Source: Macrostomum lignano (lineage: Eukaryota). From it: a stretch of DNA of 64,000 nucleotides. Under the pieces are notes generated by a model. It was not told where the DNA came from. It ran no database searches and was given only the letters and a program-made list of their open reading frames with translations. The position numbers were made by a program, and so were the translations under genes. Every line of letters starts with the position of its first letter. Position 1 is the stretch's first letter. Of the stretch, positions 23,952-36,804 are shown piece by piece. The stretch covers positions 1-64,000 of the forward strand of contig NIVC01001315.1 of assembly GCA_002269645.1 (NCBI GenBank), written 5' to 3'.

Positions 23952-24212
23952 ATGCAAGACTGCAAGAATCTTTCGAGTTAATGAGAGGGGCCAGCAGTTC
24001 GAATCGAATTATAACAAAGGCAAACAGCTATTAATAAAAAACGAAGGAAGGCACAACAAAAACTTGCAATGGAAAGCGAGACGGCGCCAGCTTTCGGGGA
24101 CAGCACAAGAGGAGCTTCGTGTGGAAAAATAAATTAGCATTTAGCAACTCGACAACCTGGACCGGCCCGGCGGAAGCGCTCATTGAACTCGCTCTGGTGC
24201 CCGCTGCAGCAT

Positions 24213-24335
24213 GGGGACAAGGGGCGCCAGATGGGGGACAAGGGGCGCCAGATGGGGGACAATAGGCGCCAGATGGGGGACAAGGCGCGCCAGATGGGGG
24301 ACAATAGGCGCCAGATGGGGGACAAGGGGCGCTAG
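24213..24335. repeat. 21-bp minisatellite (atgggggacaaggggcgccag)
   Basis: Direct reading. Confidence 0.85.
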
Positions 24336-25116
24336 ATGAGAGAAATGGGGCGCCAGGTGGAGGACAAGGGGAACCAGATGTGGTCATGGGCACCAGTGCG
24401 CCCCAAGCAGCTGCAGAGGAACCAGAGGACCTGTTCGCATCGGTCGAACGCGGAAGCATAAAAAACCGGCAACGAAAAATACTGCATAAAATCAAATGGA
24501 AAACAGAGTGGAAACTGTTAGCTGCACTAACGATCAGAATGAGAACTGGCAGGCAAAATTTAAGTGGTCAATATGAAGTGCGCAGAATTGAATTCCGCAG
24601 TCGCTAGCCATGTTGTGCCCATTTTGTTGGTGTCAGCGGGTGCACGACTGCAGCAGCCAAGGCAGCGCAAGGTTAACACAAGCCGAGTTACCGGACAATG
24701 ATCGCACGCAGCTAAGGGTTAGTCGAATTCAGGGACTACTAAAACCTGGCCCGCCTGGATTGGAAACCAAAAAGCCATCAAAAAATCATTTTAAGGCGTC
24801 TTATTGTCTGCGATTCTGACTTTAGGGCGACGCAAGCGACTCTGCGGCATCTGAGTTGTATTTGAGGCGTGCTTGAGTTGCTGTAAAGTTCGCAATGACT
24901 CTTTAGCGATTCTTGTCCCGGTAACGTTTTCAACGGGAAATGACCTTCAAAAGTTTCACGTAGAAAAGTAAATTACTTTTACAGTTATACCGCCAAAAAC
25001 TCAGATTGTGAAAGCGATTTGACCGGCAGGCGCGATGGAGATTAACGTAAGCGGATAAAATGGCGATACTTGAATGAATTCACAACCTGTCAATAAGATT
25101 TGCTCAGTCTCAGAGC

Positions 25117-27180
25117 TCAGAGATCGTGCACCTGGCAGTTGCGCTCGTAGCTGTACACCTGCTTGAGAAACTGCATGACCACATTGGAGCCCGAGGTGAC
25201 GATCTCTGCTGGAATGTGGCTGAGTCGGCAGTGCTCAATGTTGAGCAGCTCCAGCTTTGAGCAGACAGACAGAGTGGACGGCAGGTTGTCTAGGTTGGCG
25301 TTCTCGTTCAGGTAGAGCTCCTTGAGGGAGGACATCTGGCCGATCTCACGGGGCACATCGCGCAGGCAGTTCTCGCTGAGGCGCAGCACAGTCAGATGCA
25401 GCAGGGTGACGCCCAGCGGGATGCTGGTGAGCCGGTTGGCGGTGAGGTTGAGCTCGCGCAGTTCGTGTAGGTGACCGATCTCGGCTGGCAGGGTCTCCAG
25501 GCAGTTGTACTCCAGTTCAAGCTTGCGCAGCGAGGTGCAGCCGCTGATGCCCTCAGTCAGCTGCTGGAGGTTGTTGTGGCTGAGCACCAGGGTCTCGAGG
25601 CGCTGCAAGTGGCGGATGTCGCTGGGAATCTCCGTCAGGCTGTTGTTGCCGAGGTCCAGAGAGACCAGGTGGCGCAGGTAGGGCATGTCCTCGGCCAGCA
25701 GAGACTGGATGGAGTTGGTGTTTAGGTTCAGCATGGTGAGGTGCTTGGCGGAGCTGAAGATGCCGGCTGGGATGCCGGAGATCTGGTTGTTGTCCAGCGC
25801 CAGAGACAGCGAGCTGGCGAACTGGGCGGGGCCGCCGGGCGGGAAGTGGGCGAAGTGGTTGCGGGACAGCACAATGCTGCCGAGCCGCCGCATGCTGGCG
25901 AGCATGCCCTCCGGCAGGGTGGAGATGTCGTTGTTCTCTATGTTGAACTCCTCCAGCTTGTGGCAGTTGGTGAGGGTCTTGGGGATGCTGGTGAGGCGGT
26001 TGTACTTCAGGCTGAGCCGGGTGAGGCTGCGCAGCTCGCCGATGTTCTCGGGCAGGGCGCGCAGGCAGTTGTGCTGCAGGTTGACGTCGTGCAGCAGGAT
26101 GCAGCGGCCGATCTCCTCGGGGATCTGCTCGATGCGGTTGTGGGACAGGTCCAACTTGATGAGCTGGCGCAGGGTGCCGATGGAGCTGGGGATGGTGCCC
26201 TGGATCTGGTTGCGGTTCACCACCAGCACCATGAGGCTGATGAGGTTGCCGATCTCCGGGTCGATGGCGGTGATCTTGTTGTAGGTGAGCAGCAGCTGGG
26301 TGAGGCCGTACAGCTTGTAGATCACGGGCGGGAACTTGCCGTCCAGGCGGTTGTGGCGCAGGTCCAGCACCTTCAGCTTGGTGAGGTACTGCATGGCCAT
26401 GGGCAGGGTTGTGAGGCAGTTCTGCTGCAGCATGAGCTTATCCAGGCTGACCATGGCGCCGATCTGCTCAGGCAGGTGCGCCAGCTTGTTGTCGTACAGG
26501 TACAGCTCGGTGACGAAGTTCAGGTCGCGCACGGAGGGCGGCAGCGCCATCAGCCGCTTGCTGGACAGATCCAGGATGGCCTCGGCGTTGGCCTTGCACT
26601 TGGCCACCTCCTTGGACACGTCCGGGTTCTTCTCCTTCTTGTTGGCGGCCGACTTGCGCGGCGCCTCCAGCTTCTTGCTCGATGGTGTCTGCACCATAAC
26701 GGTCTTCGGCTTGCTGCTCACGTGCGGCTGGTGCCGGCTGTCCACCGCCACGGAGCTGAAGCTGCCGGCCAAGTTGTCCACCCCGCCACCGCCGCTGCTG
26801 GTGCTGGTGGCGGGGAGTGGCGGGGCAGCGGATGGCGCCGAGACGGCAGGAGCGGCGGCGGCTGCGGCGGCGTTGGTGGCGGCTAGGCGGGCGGCCGGCA
26901 GGTTCTGGTAGTCGTCGCCGCTGCCAGGCTGGATGGCAAAGTAGGCGTCCGGCTCCATCACGCTGGTGAAGAACTGCGGCTCCGAGTCCAGCAACTCCTG
27001 CGGGATGCCGCCGGTGCCGCCGCTGCTGCTGGAGCCGAACAGGTGGTACTCGCGGTTGTAGTTGCTGAGCCGCTCGGAGATTCGGTAATCGGACAGCTGG
27101 GGAGGCGACTGGGAGGGCGGCTGGCCCGAGGAGGCCAGGGAGCTGGTCTGGCTCACGGAGCGGTCCACGGGGCGGGCCAT
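25117..27180 (-). CDS. SHOC2: Leucine-rich repeat scaffold SHOC2/SUR-8 homolog, 687 aa, single exon
   Basis: Uninterrupted ORF with about 20 LRRs. SHOC2-specific segments I recognise: KCKANAEAILDLSSKRL, ELYLYDNKL, FPPGGPAQF, IPAGIFSSAKHL, C-cap CSKLELLNIEHCRLSHIPAEIVTSGSNVVMQFLK. Confidence 0.9.
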   Translation of the reverse strand: MARPVDRSVSQTSSLASSGQPPSQSPPQLSDYRISERLSNYNREYHLFGSSSSGGTGGIPQELLDSEPQFFTSVMEPDAYFAIQPGSGDDYQNLPAARLAATNAAAAAAAPAVSAPSAAPPLPATSTSSGGGGVDNLAGSFSSVAVDSRHQPHVSSKPKTVMVQTPSSKKLEAPRKSAANKKEKNPDVSKEVAKCKANAEAILDLSSKRLMALPPSVRDLNFVTELYLYDNKLAHLPEQIGAMVSLDKLMLQQNCLTTLPMAMQYLTKLKVLDLRHNRLDGKFPPVIYKLYGLTQLLLTYNKITAIDPEIGNLISLMVLVVNRNQIQGTIPSSIGTLRQLIKLDLSHNRIEQIPEEIGRCILLHDVNLQHNCLRALPENIGELRSLTRLSLKYNRLTSIPKTLTNCHKLEEFNIENNDISTLPEGMLASMRRLGSIVLSRNHFAHFPPGGPAQFASSLSLALDNNQISGIPAGIFSSAKHLTMLNLNTNSIQSLLAEDMPYLRHLVSLDLGNNSLTEIPSDIRHLQRLETLVLSHNNLQQLTEGISGCTSLRKLELEYNCLETLPAEIGHLHELRELNLTANRLTSIPLGVTLLHLTVLRLSENCLRDVPREIGQMSSLKELYLNENANLDNLPSTLSVCSKLELLNIEHCRLSHIPAEIVTSGSNVVMQFLKQVYSYERNCQVHDL

Positions 27181-27448
27181 GGACTGCTGCTGCTCTGGTT
27201 TGGTGCAACTCTGCGGGTCTGGCTGCTGCTGCTGACAGGCCTGTGGCTGGAAAGCGGCAGGGTTATAAATAAATACAGCGAGGCGTAGAGTGCAACCCGA
27301 TGCTCAAATTGCAACAGCGGGGCGGCAGTTTGTTGCACTGAAAAAAGGCAACAAGCCGCTGATGCGAAGCTAATAAGATAGAAACAGCGTACAGGGCCGA
27401 ATCGCTGGGATGCAGAAATGCGAGGGCGGCACACAAGCTTAAGTGGAT

Positions 27449-28845
27449 CTGCTCACTGTGATCTTCTCACTGCCTACTGTGATCTGCTCACTGTGATCTT
27501 CTCACTGCCTACTGTGATCTGCTCACTGTGATCTTCTCACTGCTTACTGTGATCTGCTCACTGCCTACTGTGATCTGCTCACTGTGATCTGCTCACTGTG
27601 ATCTGCTCACTGTGATCTGCTCACTGCCTACTGTGATCTGCTCACTGTGATCTGCTCACTGCCTACTGTGATCTGCTCACTGTGATCTGCTCACTGCCTA
27701 CTGTGATCTGCTCACTGTGATCTGCTCACTGTGATCTGCTCACTGCTTACTGTGATTTGCTCACTGCCTACTGTGATCTGCTCACTGTGATCTGCTCACT
27801 GCTTAATGTGATCTGCTCACTGCCTACTGTGATCTGCTCACTGCCTACTGTGATCTGCTCACTGCCTACTGTGATCTGCTCACTGTGATCTGCTCACTGT
27901 GATCTGCTCACTGTGATCTGCTCACAGTGATCTGCTCACTGCCTACTGTGATCTTCTCACTGTGATCTGCTCACTGCTTACTGTGATCTGCTCACTGTGA
28001 TCTGCTCCCTGCTTACTGTGATCTGCTCACTGTGATCTGCTCACTGCTTACTGTGATCTGCTCACTGCTTACTGTGATTTGCTCACTGTGATCTGCTCAC
28101 TGTGATCTGCTCACTGCTCACTGTGATCTGCTCACTGCTTACTGTGATCTGCTCACTGCCTACTGTGATCTGCTCACTGCCTACTGTGATCTGCTCACTG
28201 CTTACTGTGATCTGCTCACTGCTTACTGTGATCTGCTCACTGCCCACTGTGATCTGCTCACTGTGATCTGCTCACTGCTTACTGTGATCTGCTCACTGCC
28301 TACTGTGATCTGCTCACTGCTCACTGTGATCTGCTCACTGCTTACTGTGATCTGCTCACTGCTTACTGTGATCTGCTCACTGCTTACTGTGATTTGCTCA
28401 CTGTGATCTGCTCACTGTGATCTGCTCACTGTGATCTGCTCACTGCTCACTGTGATCTGCTCACTGTGATCTGCTCACTGCTTACTGTGATCTGCTCACT
28501 GCCTACTGTGATCTGCTCACTGCCTACTGTGATCTGCTCACTGCTTACTGTGATCTGCTCACTGCTTACTGTGATCTGCTCACTGCCCACTGTGATCTGC
28601 TCACTGTGATCTGCTCACTGCTTACTGTGATCTGCTCACTGCCTACTGTGATCTGCTCACTGCTTACTGTGATCTGCTCACTGCTTACTGTGATCTGCTC
28701 ACTGCCCACTGTGATCTGCTCACTGCTTACTGTGATCTGCTCACTGCTTACTGTGATCTGCTCACTGCCCACTGTGATCTGCTCACTGTGATCTGCTCAC
28801 TGTGATCTGCTCACTGTGATCTACTCACCACTCACTGCGATCTGC
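27449..28845. repeat. 14/21-bp minisatellite (CTGTGATCTGCTCA[CTGCTTA])
   Basis: Direct reading; lies immediately upstream of the SHOC2 ORF. Confidence 0.95.
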
Positions 28846-29419
28846 TGTAACATTCACCCAGTCGCTAACACAAACCGCCAAGGAATGACTCACTGACTTG
28901 GCAATGAGACTTGTTTACCAAAAAAGCCTTCGTACAAAAATAGAATTGCAAAATCAAAATCAATTTAATGCAAGAGCCGCAGTTCGAACAGGTTAGATTT
29001 ATTTTTAATTAAAATACAGAAAAAACTTTTCAGGTCGACAAACAAATCACCATGGCAACTGGCTAACAGTGCGATTACAGAAATCAATGCATCATGCGAG
29101 TATTATTCTATTCTAGTAAGGCTATAGCTTTGCTGTTAACAAATAATCAATAGTACATATGATGAAGCCGCAGCCAGCAAACGGCTAGTGGCCTGTCTAG
29201 CTAGTCTCTAAGCTACCTGGGGCCGTTTGGGCACACGAAACACGCAATCAGCTACAGGTTTAATTAGGCAATAAAAAAATTAGACCTTAAATTAGCCAAT
29301 ACTGCCCCGGACAGCGGGGCTATGAATAGCACGCGATAGATGGGACTGCGCCAATCAGCAAGACTGTACTATACTAACTACTGATAGTAGCTCTGAATTG
29401 CAGCTGATCTCTCCCTTAT

Positions 29420-29850
29420 TTAAATGTCTCATCTTTCATCTTTCTCATTAATTAATCTCCGATCTCTCTCATCGATCTCTAATCTCTCTTTACCAATGTC
29501 TAATTTCTCTGATCGATCTCCAATCTCTCGTCGATCTCTACTTTCTCTCCCATCGATCTTTGAGCCCTTCAATCAATCTTTAATCTCTCTCATCGATCTC
29601 CAATTTCTCTCATTGATCTCTAATCTCTCACCCATCGATCATTGAACTCTTCAATCGATCTCTAATCTCTCTGATCAATCTCTAATCTCTCTGAGCAATC
29701 TCTGATCCCTCTGATCAATTTCTAAATCTCTCGTAGATCTCTTATCTCTCTGATCAATCTCTAATCTATCTGATCGATCTCTAATCTATCTGATCGATCT
29801 CTAATCTATCTGATCAATCTCTAATCTCTCGTCGATCTCTAATCGCTCCA
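29420..29850. repeat. Degenerate (atcgatctctaatctctct)-like repeat
   Basis: Direct reading. Confidence 0.75.
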
Positions 29851-30265
29851 TTTAATTTCAGCCATCTCTAGAATCACTCTATCTTATACTTATTCGAATT
29901 AACACGGAGCCAAAATCGCCAACAGGAACAATACAAAAATGAGTGACCCGTATTTGCACACAAGGAACTGAAAATAGGCTTAGCCAGCGGTAAATTCTTA
30001 TTGAAGACAAAACGGCGCCAGCCAGTCAACAGGAATATCGATGCACGGCCACAGAGGCGATGAGAGACGGGCCCAGCTGGGAGAGGCGGAGACGCAGAGA
30101 AGGATGCAATTCTGTCTTTATTGGCTTTCCAAAAAAACAAAATTCGATTTCCCAGGAGCCGAAATAGTTTACAAATATGTGATTAATTTAGTTATACTTC
30201 TTCTGTGCTAAACGCTACACGAGGATGCTGGGAAGGCAGCGGCATCAGATATGAAGGCGGGGTCG

Positions 30266-33200
30266 CTACTGGCTCTTCTGCAGGTCCCGCATCCGGTTCA
30301 GCGCGCTGCCCGCCTTGAACCACTCGATCTGGTTCTCGTTCAACGAGTGCTTCAGGTAGATCTCCTCCGTGCCGCCGTCGGCGTGGCGAACCACGCATCG
30401 GACCTTCTTGCCGGGGGCCAGCTGGCCGAGGTCCTTCAGGGACACCCGGCTGTCCGGCCGGATCTTGTCGTAGTCGGCCGGCGACTCGAAGGTCAGCGGG
30501 AGCAGACCCTGAGGGGGGGGTGAGTGGTGTCAGGTGGCAGGCAGAGTTGGCTGGGTGTCAGCCGTCGGTGTGAGAGGCGAATGAGTGTCAGCGGGGCATG
30601 GGTGTCAGAGTTTGGGTGCTAGAAGAGGGTTGTCAAAAGTGCGTGGATGTCAGAGGTGCTGTCAGATGATGTAAGAGTTAGGTTTCAGATGTGGGTGTCA
30701 GTAGGTGTCAGAGTTGGATGTCAGGGGTGGTGTCAGAGATTGGTGTCAGGGGTGGTGTCAAAGTTTGGTGTCAGGGGTGGTGTCAGAGTTTGGTGTCAGG
30801 GGTGGTGTCAGAGTTGGCTGTCAGGGGTGGATGCCAACGGTGGGTGTCAGGAGTGGTGTCAGAGGTCATGTCAGAGTTTAGTGTCAGGGGTGGTGTCAGA
30901 GTTGGGTGTCAGGGGTGGTGTCAGAGTTGGATGTCAGGGGTGGTGTCAGAGTTGGGTGTCAGGGGTAGGTGCCAACGGTGGGTGTCAGGGGTGGTGTCAG
31001 AGGTCGTGTCAATTGGGTGTCAGGGGTGGTGTCAGAGGTCGTGTCAATTGGGTGTCAGAGGTCGTGTCAATTGGGTGTCAGGGGTGGTGTCAGATGTGGC
31101 TGTCAGAAGTGGGTGTCAAAAGTCGTGTCAGTTGGGTGTCAGAGTCCGTGTCAGGTGATGTCAGAGGCGAGTATCAGAGAGGCAGCAGTCCGCACCTGCT
31201 TCTTGAGGTTGGTCTCGTGGATGCGGGCAAAGCTCTTGACAATAATGGCCCGAGCGCCGAGGTGGCGGGGCTCCAGAGCCGCGTGCTCCCGCGAGGAGCC
31301 CTCGCCATAGTTCTCGTCGCCGATAGCCACCCAAGCGAGGCCCTTGGCCTTGTAGGCACGGGCCACCGCCGGCACAGTGTCGTACTGACCGGTCAGCTGG
31401 TTCTTCAGCTTGTTGGCCTCGCCGTTCTCCGAGTTAATGGCCCCGATGAACATGTTGTTGGAGATGTTGTCCAGGTGGCCGCGGTACTTCAGCCAGGGCC
31501 CGGCCATGCTGATGTGGTCGGTGGTGCACTTGCCCTTGATCTTGATCAGCACCAGCATGTCGTCCAGGTCCTTGCCGTCCCAGCGGTTGAATGGCTCCAG
31601 CAGCTGTAGACGGTCACTCTTTGGGTCGACGTCGACCTACAGGGGAGAATTGGGTTGGCGTATTATTGAAGGCTCCGGCCCCGCAGCATCAGCTCCCACC
31701 CCACGGCGGTGCCCCATCCGCCCTCCAGCGGTGCCCCATCCGCCCCACAGCGGTGCCCCATCCGCCCTCCAGCGGTGCCCCATCCGCCCTGCAGCGGTGC
31801 CCCATCCGCCCTGCAGCGGTGCCCCATCCGCCCTGCAGCGGTGCCCCATCCGCCCTGCAGCGGTGCCCCATCCGCCCCGCAGCGGTGCCCCATCCGCCCC
31901 GCAGCGGTGCCCCATCCGCCCCGCAGCGGTGCCCCATCCGCCCCGCAGCGGTGCCAGCTCAGCCAACCTGAAGCTGGTTGCCGTCGGCAGGCGGGGCCTG
32001 GTAGGTGTCCTGGCCCGGATCGAATCCCTTGTTAGGCAGGGCGTCACCCTGCGGCGGCTCGAGCTTGAACTTGGCCCCGCTGGCGTCGGTGAGGGAGTCG
32101 GTGAGCGGGTTGAAGTCCAGGCGGCCGGCCAAGGACAGGGCGGTGACCATCTCCGGTGAGGTGACGAAGGAGTGCGTGGCCGGGTTGGCGTCGTTGCGGC
32201 CGGTGAAGTTGCGATTGTAGGAGTTCACGATGGTGTTCTTGCTGCCCTTGGGCACGTCCTGGCGGTCCCACTGGCCGATGCAGGGCCCGCAGGCGTTGGC
32301 CAGGACGATTCCGCCGATGTCGGCGAGCGCCTTCGCCTGGCCGTCGCGCTCGATGGTGGCGCGGATCTGCTCGGAGCCCGGCGTGATGACGAACTTGGAC
32401 TTGGCCTTCACGCCACGGCTGCTGGCCTGGCGGGCCAAGGAGGCGGCGCGGGACATGTCCTCGTAGCTGGAGTTGGTGCACGAGCCGATCAGGCCGACGC
32501 TGATGTCCATGGGCCAGGAGTTGTCCTTGGCGGCCTGGCCCAGCTTGCTGATGGGGTGCGCCAGGTCGGGTGTGAAGGGGCCGTTCACGTGCGGCTCCAG
32601 TTTGGACAGGTCGATCTCGATCAGCTGATCGTAGCGGGCGTCCTTGTCCGCGGTCAGCAGCACGCCTTTGTACATGCTGGCCAGGTCGCCGATGTCCTTG
32701 CGGCCCGTGGCCGATAGGTAGTCCTGAGGGGAGGGGAATCAAGCAAAAACATCTGGATTGGAGGCCATGCGTAGACAGGCGGAAGCAGAGAACACGGGAC
32801 TGACAAAGATCGGCAAACACCGTCACTAACACAGACAGACAGACGCAGTCACAGTCGCACAGACAGTCAGTCTCTCGCCCACCTGCATGCGGTCATTGAA
32901 GGGGAACACGGAGGTGGTAGCGCCGATCTCAGCGCCCATGTTGCAGATGGTGGCCATGCCGGTGCAGTTGATTGAGTCCACGCCGGGGCCGAAATACTCC
33001 ACAATGGCGCCGGTGCCGCCCTTGACGGTGAGGATGTCGGCCACCTTGAGGATGACGTCCTTGGCGCTGGTCCAGCCGCTCATCTTGCCGGTGAGCTTGA
33101 CGCCGATGACCTTCGGGCACTTCAGCTCCCATGGGATGCCAGCCATGACGTCGACAGCGTCGGCGCCGCCAACGCCGATGCAGAGGCCGCCGAGGCCGCC

Positions 33201-34133
33201 GCCGTTGGGCGTGTGCGAGTCGGTGCCGATGATCAGCAGGCCGGGGTAGGCGTAGTTCTCCAGTACGATCTGGTGGATGATGCCGGAGCCCGGCTTCCAG
33301 AAGCCCACGCCGTATTTGGCGGCCGAGCTGGACAGGAAGGCGTACACCTCCTTGTTGATGTCCTTAGCGCGGGCCAGGTCCTTCTCGCTGCCCACCTGCG
33401 TGTTGTGGCAGCGAAACAAGTTTTTGTTTAATGTGCTACAAAACAATCGATTTATACTACTGATTAAGTAGCTAAGATTAAGTTCAATTGAGACCATGAC
33501 CTTTATTGACACTAGACTTTATTGGCTCTTAGATTGAAGGGATGGCGTCCAGGAAGTACAACTCCTTCAAGGTGCAGTGTGTACAACTGCCTGACCAATG
33601 AGAAAGCCACAAAAGTCGCGGGTATTGCACACACTACAAGGGCCTCAGGATGAATAGCTTAATTTGGCTACCCAGAGCCTTTAGATTGTGACTGGGTTTG
33701 CTGGCCGCCCAAGCCGCACCTGAGCCTCGATGAGATGGTCGCAGTGGATGGTGGATGGCACGGCCACGCGGGGCAGGCCGCTGCTGATGAACTGCAGCAT
33801 CGCCATCTGGGCGGTGGCGTCCTGCATGGCAACCCGGTCTGGGTGCAGCCGCAGGTAGCTCTCGCCCCGCTTGATGTCCTGGTTGCTGGGGTCGGCCAGA
33901 TGGCTGTAGAGAACCTTCTCGCTGAGAGTCATGGGGCGGGCCAGGCGCTTGCGCACCAGCACCAGGTTGTGCTCGAGCACGTCGAAATTGACGTAGTGCT
34001 CAGGGTCGAAGCGGCTCATGGCCACCTGCTTGACCTTGGTCTTGCTGGCCAGGCCGCGGCCGGCCGGCAGGGAGCTGAGCAGCGGCGAGCGCAGCTGCGC
34101 CAGGCGGTTGAGCAGCATCGGCATGGCTGACAT
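30266..34133 (-). CDS. ACO2: Mitochondrial aconitate hydratase, ~788 aa
   Basis: Exons 34133-33720, 33395-32883, 32723-31968, 31636-31196, 30508-30266 (all phase 0, 2367 nt). Arg/Leu/Ser-rich transit peptide. Motifs [68 protein letters not shown]. Confidence 0.97.
30560..31165. repeat. GGTGTCA-rich minisatellite in aconitase intron 4
   Basis: Direct reading. Confidence 0.9.
31700..31955. repeat. 22-bp minisatellite (gcggtgccccatccgccctgca) in aconitase intron 3
   Basis: Direct reading. Confidence 0.92.
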
Positions 34134-34195
34134 GAAAGTGGGGGGCGCGGAATCGGGGCTTAGCAACTGAGATCCAGGCAGCGGGCTGCCTTTTT

Positions 34196-34225
34196 ACTTC
34201 CGCTTATCGGGGAGTTGCGGCCATA
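34196..34225 (-). promoter_or_regulatory. Possible ETS/GABP (CGGAAGT) and YY1-like (GCGGCCAT) motifs upstream of aconitase
   Basis: ACTTCCG at 34196-34202 and GCGGCCAT nearby. Short motifs that could occur by chance. Confidence 0.2.
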
Positions 34226-34371
34226 GACAGCTGGACTGACAGCGGCCCAAAAAGCCTCGCGCCTTAGCGAAAAGCGCGGCTTTAAATTAAAAAGAAGGCA
34301 AAATCAAGGCATCGGGGAGATGCAGAAGAAGCTGGGTGAAAAGAGTTAAAGATTGAAGAGATGAGGGTCAA

Positions 34372-34650
34372 AGAAGTGAGGGTGGGTCAAGGAATTGAGG
34401 GTGGGTCAAGGAATTGAGGGTGGGTCAAGGAAGAGAGGGTGGGTCAAGGAAGAGAGGGTGGGTCAAGGAAGAGAGGGTGGGTCAAGGAAGTGAGGATGGA
34501 TCAAAGAAGAGAGGGTGGGTCAAAGAAGTGAGGGTGGGTCAAGGAATTGAGGGTGGGTCAAGGAATTGAGGGTGGGTCAAGGAAGAGAGGGTGGGTCAAG
34601 GAAGTGAGGGTGGATCAAAGAAGTGAGGGTGGGTCAAAGAAGTGAGGGTT
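34372..34650. repeat. 20-bp minisatellite (gagggtgggtcaaggaa..)
   Basis: Direct reading. Confidence 0.9.
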
Positions 34651-35779
34651 AGCAAGTGAGAGTCAAGCTAAGGAGGATGGGTCAGGGAAGTGAGGGGTCA
34701 ATAGCAAGAGAAGTTAGAGAAACTGATAGGCAAGGTTCAGCAAACAAGTTCTGTGGCCGGCGTGTAGACCGCCTATGTTTAAGATCTCTTCAACAGAATA
34801 ATAACTATGCTCATGTTTTATAAATTCACTGACCTACTCAATTATCTACTTAATAGGTTCCTCACTTGAGCAGAGAAATTTCTAGATAAGTGAACTCCGA
34901 AATAAAAACTGAGCATTCAGCTATGCTCGTGCAAGGGCAATAAAACCAGGTTTAATTTGATTTATTTGAATCATGTGATTTGTAATAATTAAATAATCAG
35001 TCAGATAGGCAATGGTACTGTATTATGTAGTAAATTAATGTATTAGTAACAACACAAGGCTTAGTAGAAATAGCATTATTGCCACGGACTCGGGAGTGAG
35101 TTAATCCGATGCTACAACATCAATTAGCGGGCTGGTTGCCAATAGCAACGAGTAGGAAAAACACTATAGATACCAGCTAGGCATGAGTGATGGCAGAGCA
35201 AGTGAACAGTATCAGCGCAGGTCAAGATTAAACGCGCATATGAAAAATGCAAAATCATGCCGCAGTTATGCGCTAACAATGCGGGCACATAATAATAGTT
35301 ACATATTGTCATAGGTTTAACAAAAATAATGCATTTAGTAAGCATTGAATGAATGGAATTTGGTGGAATTTGCAGCGATAATCAGTGTGTAGCAGCCGAG
35401 ATTGATATCCATAGTACACAATATTATTATGCTTAGCTAAATCAAGTGTAGGACAGAAGCAAGCCAGAATGACTAGCATGTGTTGCAAAACACTTGGGCA
35501 AAGCGCAGAGCATGCAGTCTGGTTAGGTTTTTACCGATTGAAGGCTGGGAGCAGTGCTTGCTTGCGACACAACACGGGCAGCACCGATGCGTCAATTGCA
35601 GTGAAAATCTAAACAGTAGCAGACCTTAGCTTTGTAATAACTATATTTTTATCTTTGATACTGGTAGCTGAAATATCAGTGCGTTGCAATGCTATCTATC
35701 AGTTCAGCTAGAAAGCAGTTAAAATAAAATTTTGCAACGCGTGTCGGCATGTGCAACCCAGCACAGGACAAAGAGTTAA

Positions 35780-36772
35780 TTACTGATAACCGGCATAATG
35801 GTTCTGCTGGAAGTTGCGCTGCTGAATTGTGGCCGAGCCCTGCGCCAGGTGCTGCTGCTGCTGAGGCCGCTGCAGGCTGTGATGCCCGTTGCCCAGGTGC
35901 TGCTGCTGGAACACCGGCTGTGCAGCGGGCACCATCTCCACGGCTGTGCCGGCAGCCGAGTTCATCAGCAGCCGCTGCTGCTGCAGCTGGTAGTCGGCGG
36001 GCAGCGGCCCGGGCGGCTTCTCGTGCGGCAAAATCAGCGGCCGGCCGGGGGCCGACGGCCGCTCCTCCAGCTCCTCGGCGAAGATGATGGGCACCCGCTT
36101 GTTGGACAGCAGGCTGAGATCGGCCCGGCCTGCCTGCCGGCCCTGCGGGTTTGAGAGAGGAAGTGCACTACTGTAAGTAGTACCTCTCTGTCCCTGTCCC
36201 CCCTCTCTCTGTCCCTGTCCCCCTCTCTCTGTCCCTATCCCCCTCTCTCTGTCCCTATCCCCTCTCTCTTCCCCTATTCCCCTCTCTCTTCCCCTATCCC
36301 CTCTCTCTGCCCCTATCCCCCTCTCTCTGCCTCTATCCCCCTCTCTCTGCCCCTATCCCCTCTCTCTGTCCCTATTCCCCTCTCTCTTCCCCTATTCCCC
36401 TCTCTCTGCCCCTATCCCCCTCTCTCTGCCTCTATCCCCCTCTCTCTGCCCCTATCCCCCTCTCTCTGCCCCTATCCCCTCTCTCTCTGCCCCTATCCCC
36501 CTCTCTCTGCCCCTATCCCCCTCTCTCTGCCCCTATCCCCCTCTCTCTGTCCCTATCCCCCTCTGTCTGCCCCTATCCCCCCTCTCTCTGCCCTTATCCC
36601 CTTCTCTCTGCCCCTATCCCCCTTCTCTTTGTCTCTATCCCCCATATCTCTGCCTTTTCACTGCTACGGTGAGTCGCCAAATTTCATTTAGTTTTAAAGA
36701 CTTCATTGAGTCCGACTAAGGAAAGCAAACGAGAGCTAACTGAGCCAAAACAGCTGAGCACTGATCACCTGC

Positions 36773-36804
<32 letters not shown>

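Noticed and set aside
25471-27208. Overlapping antisense or alternate-frame ORFs over SHOC2, aconitase and dystroglycan
   Set aside because: By-products of GC-rich codon usage.
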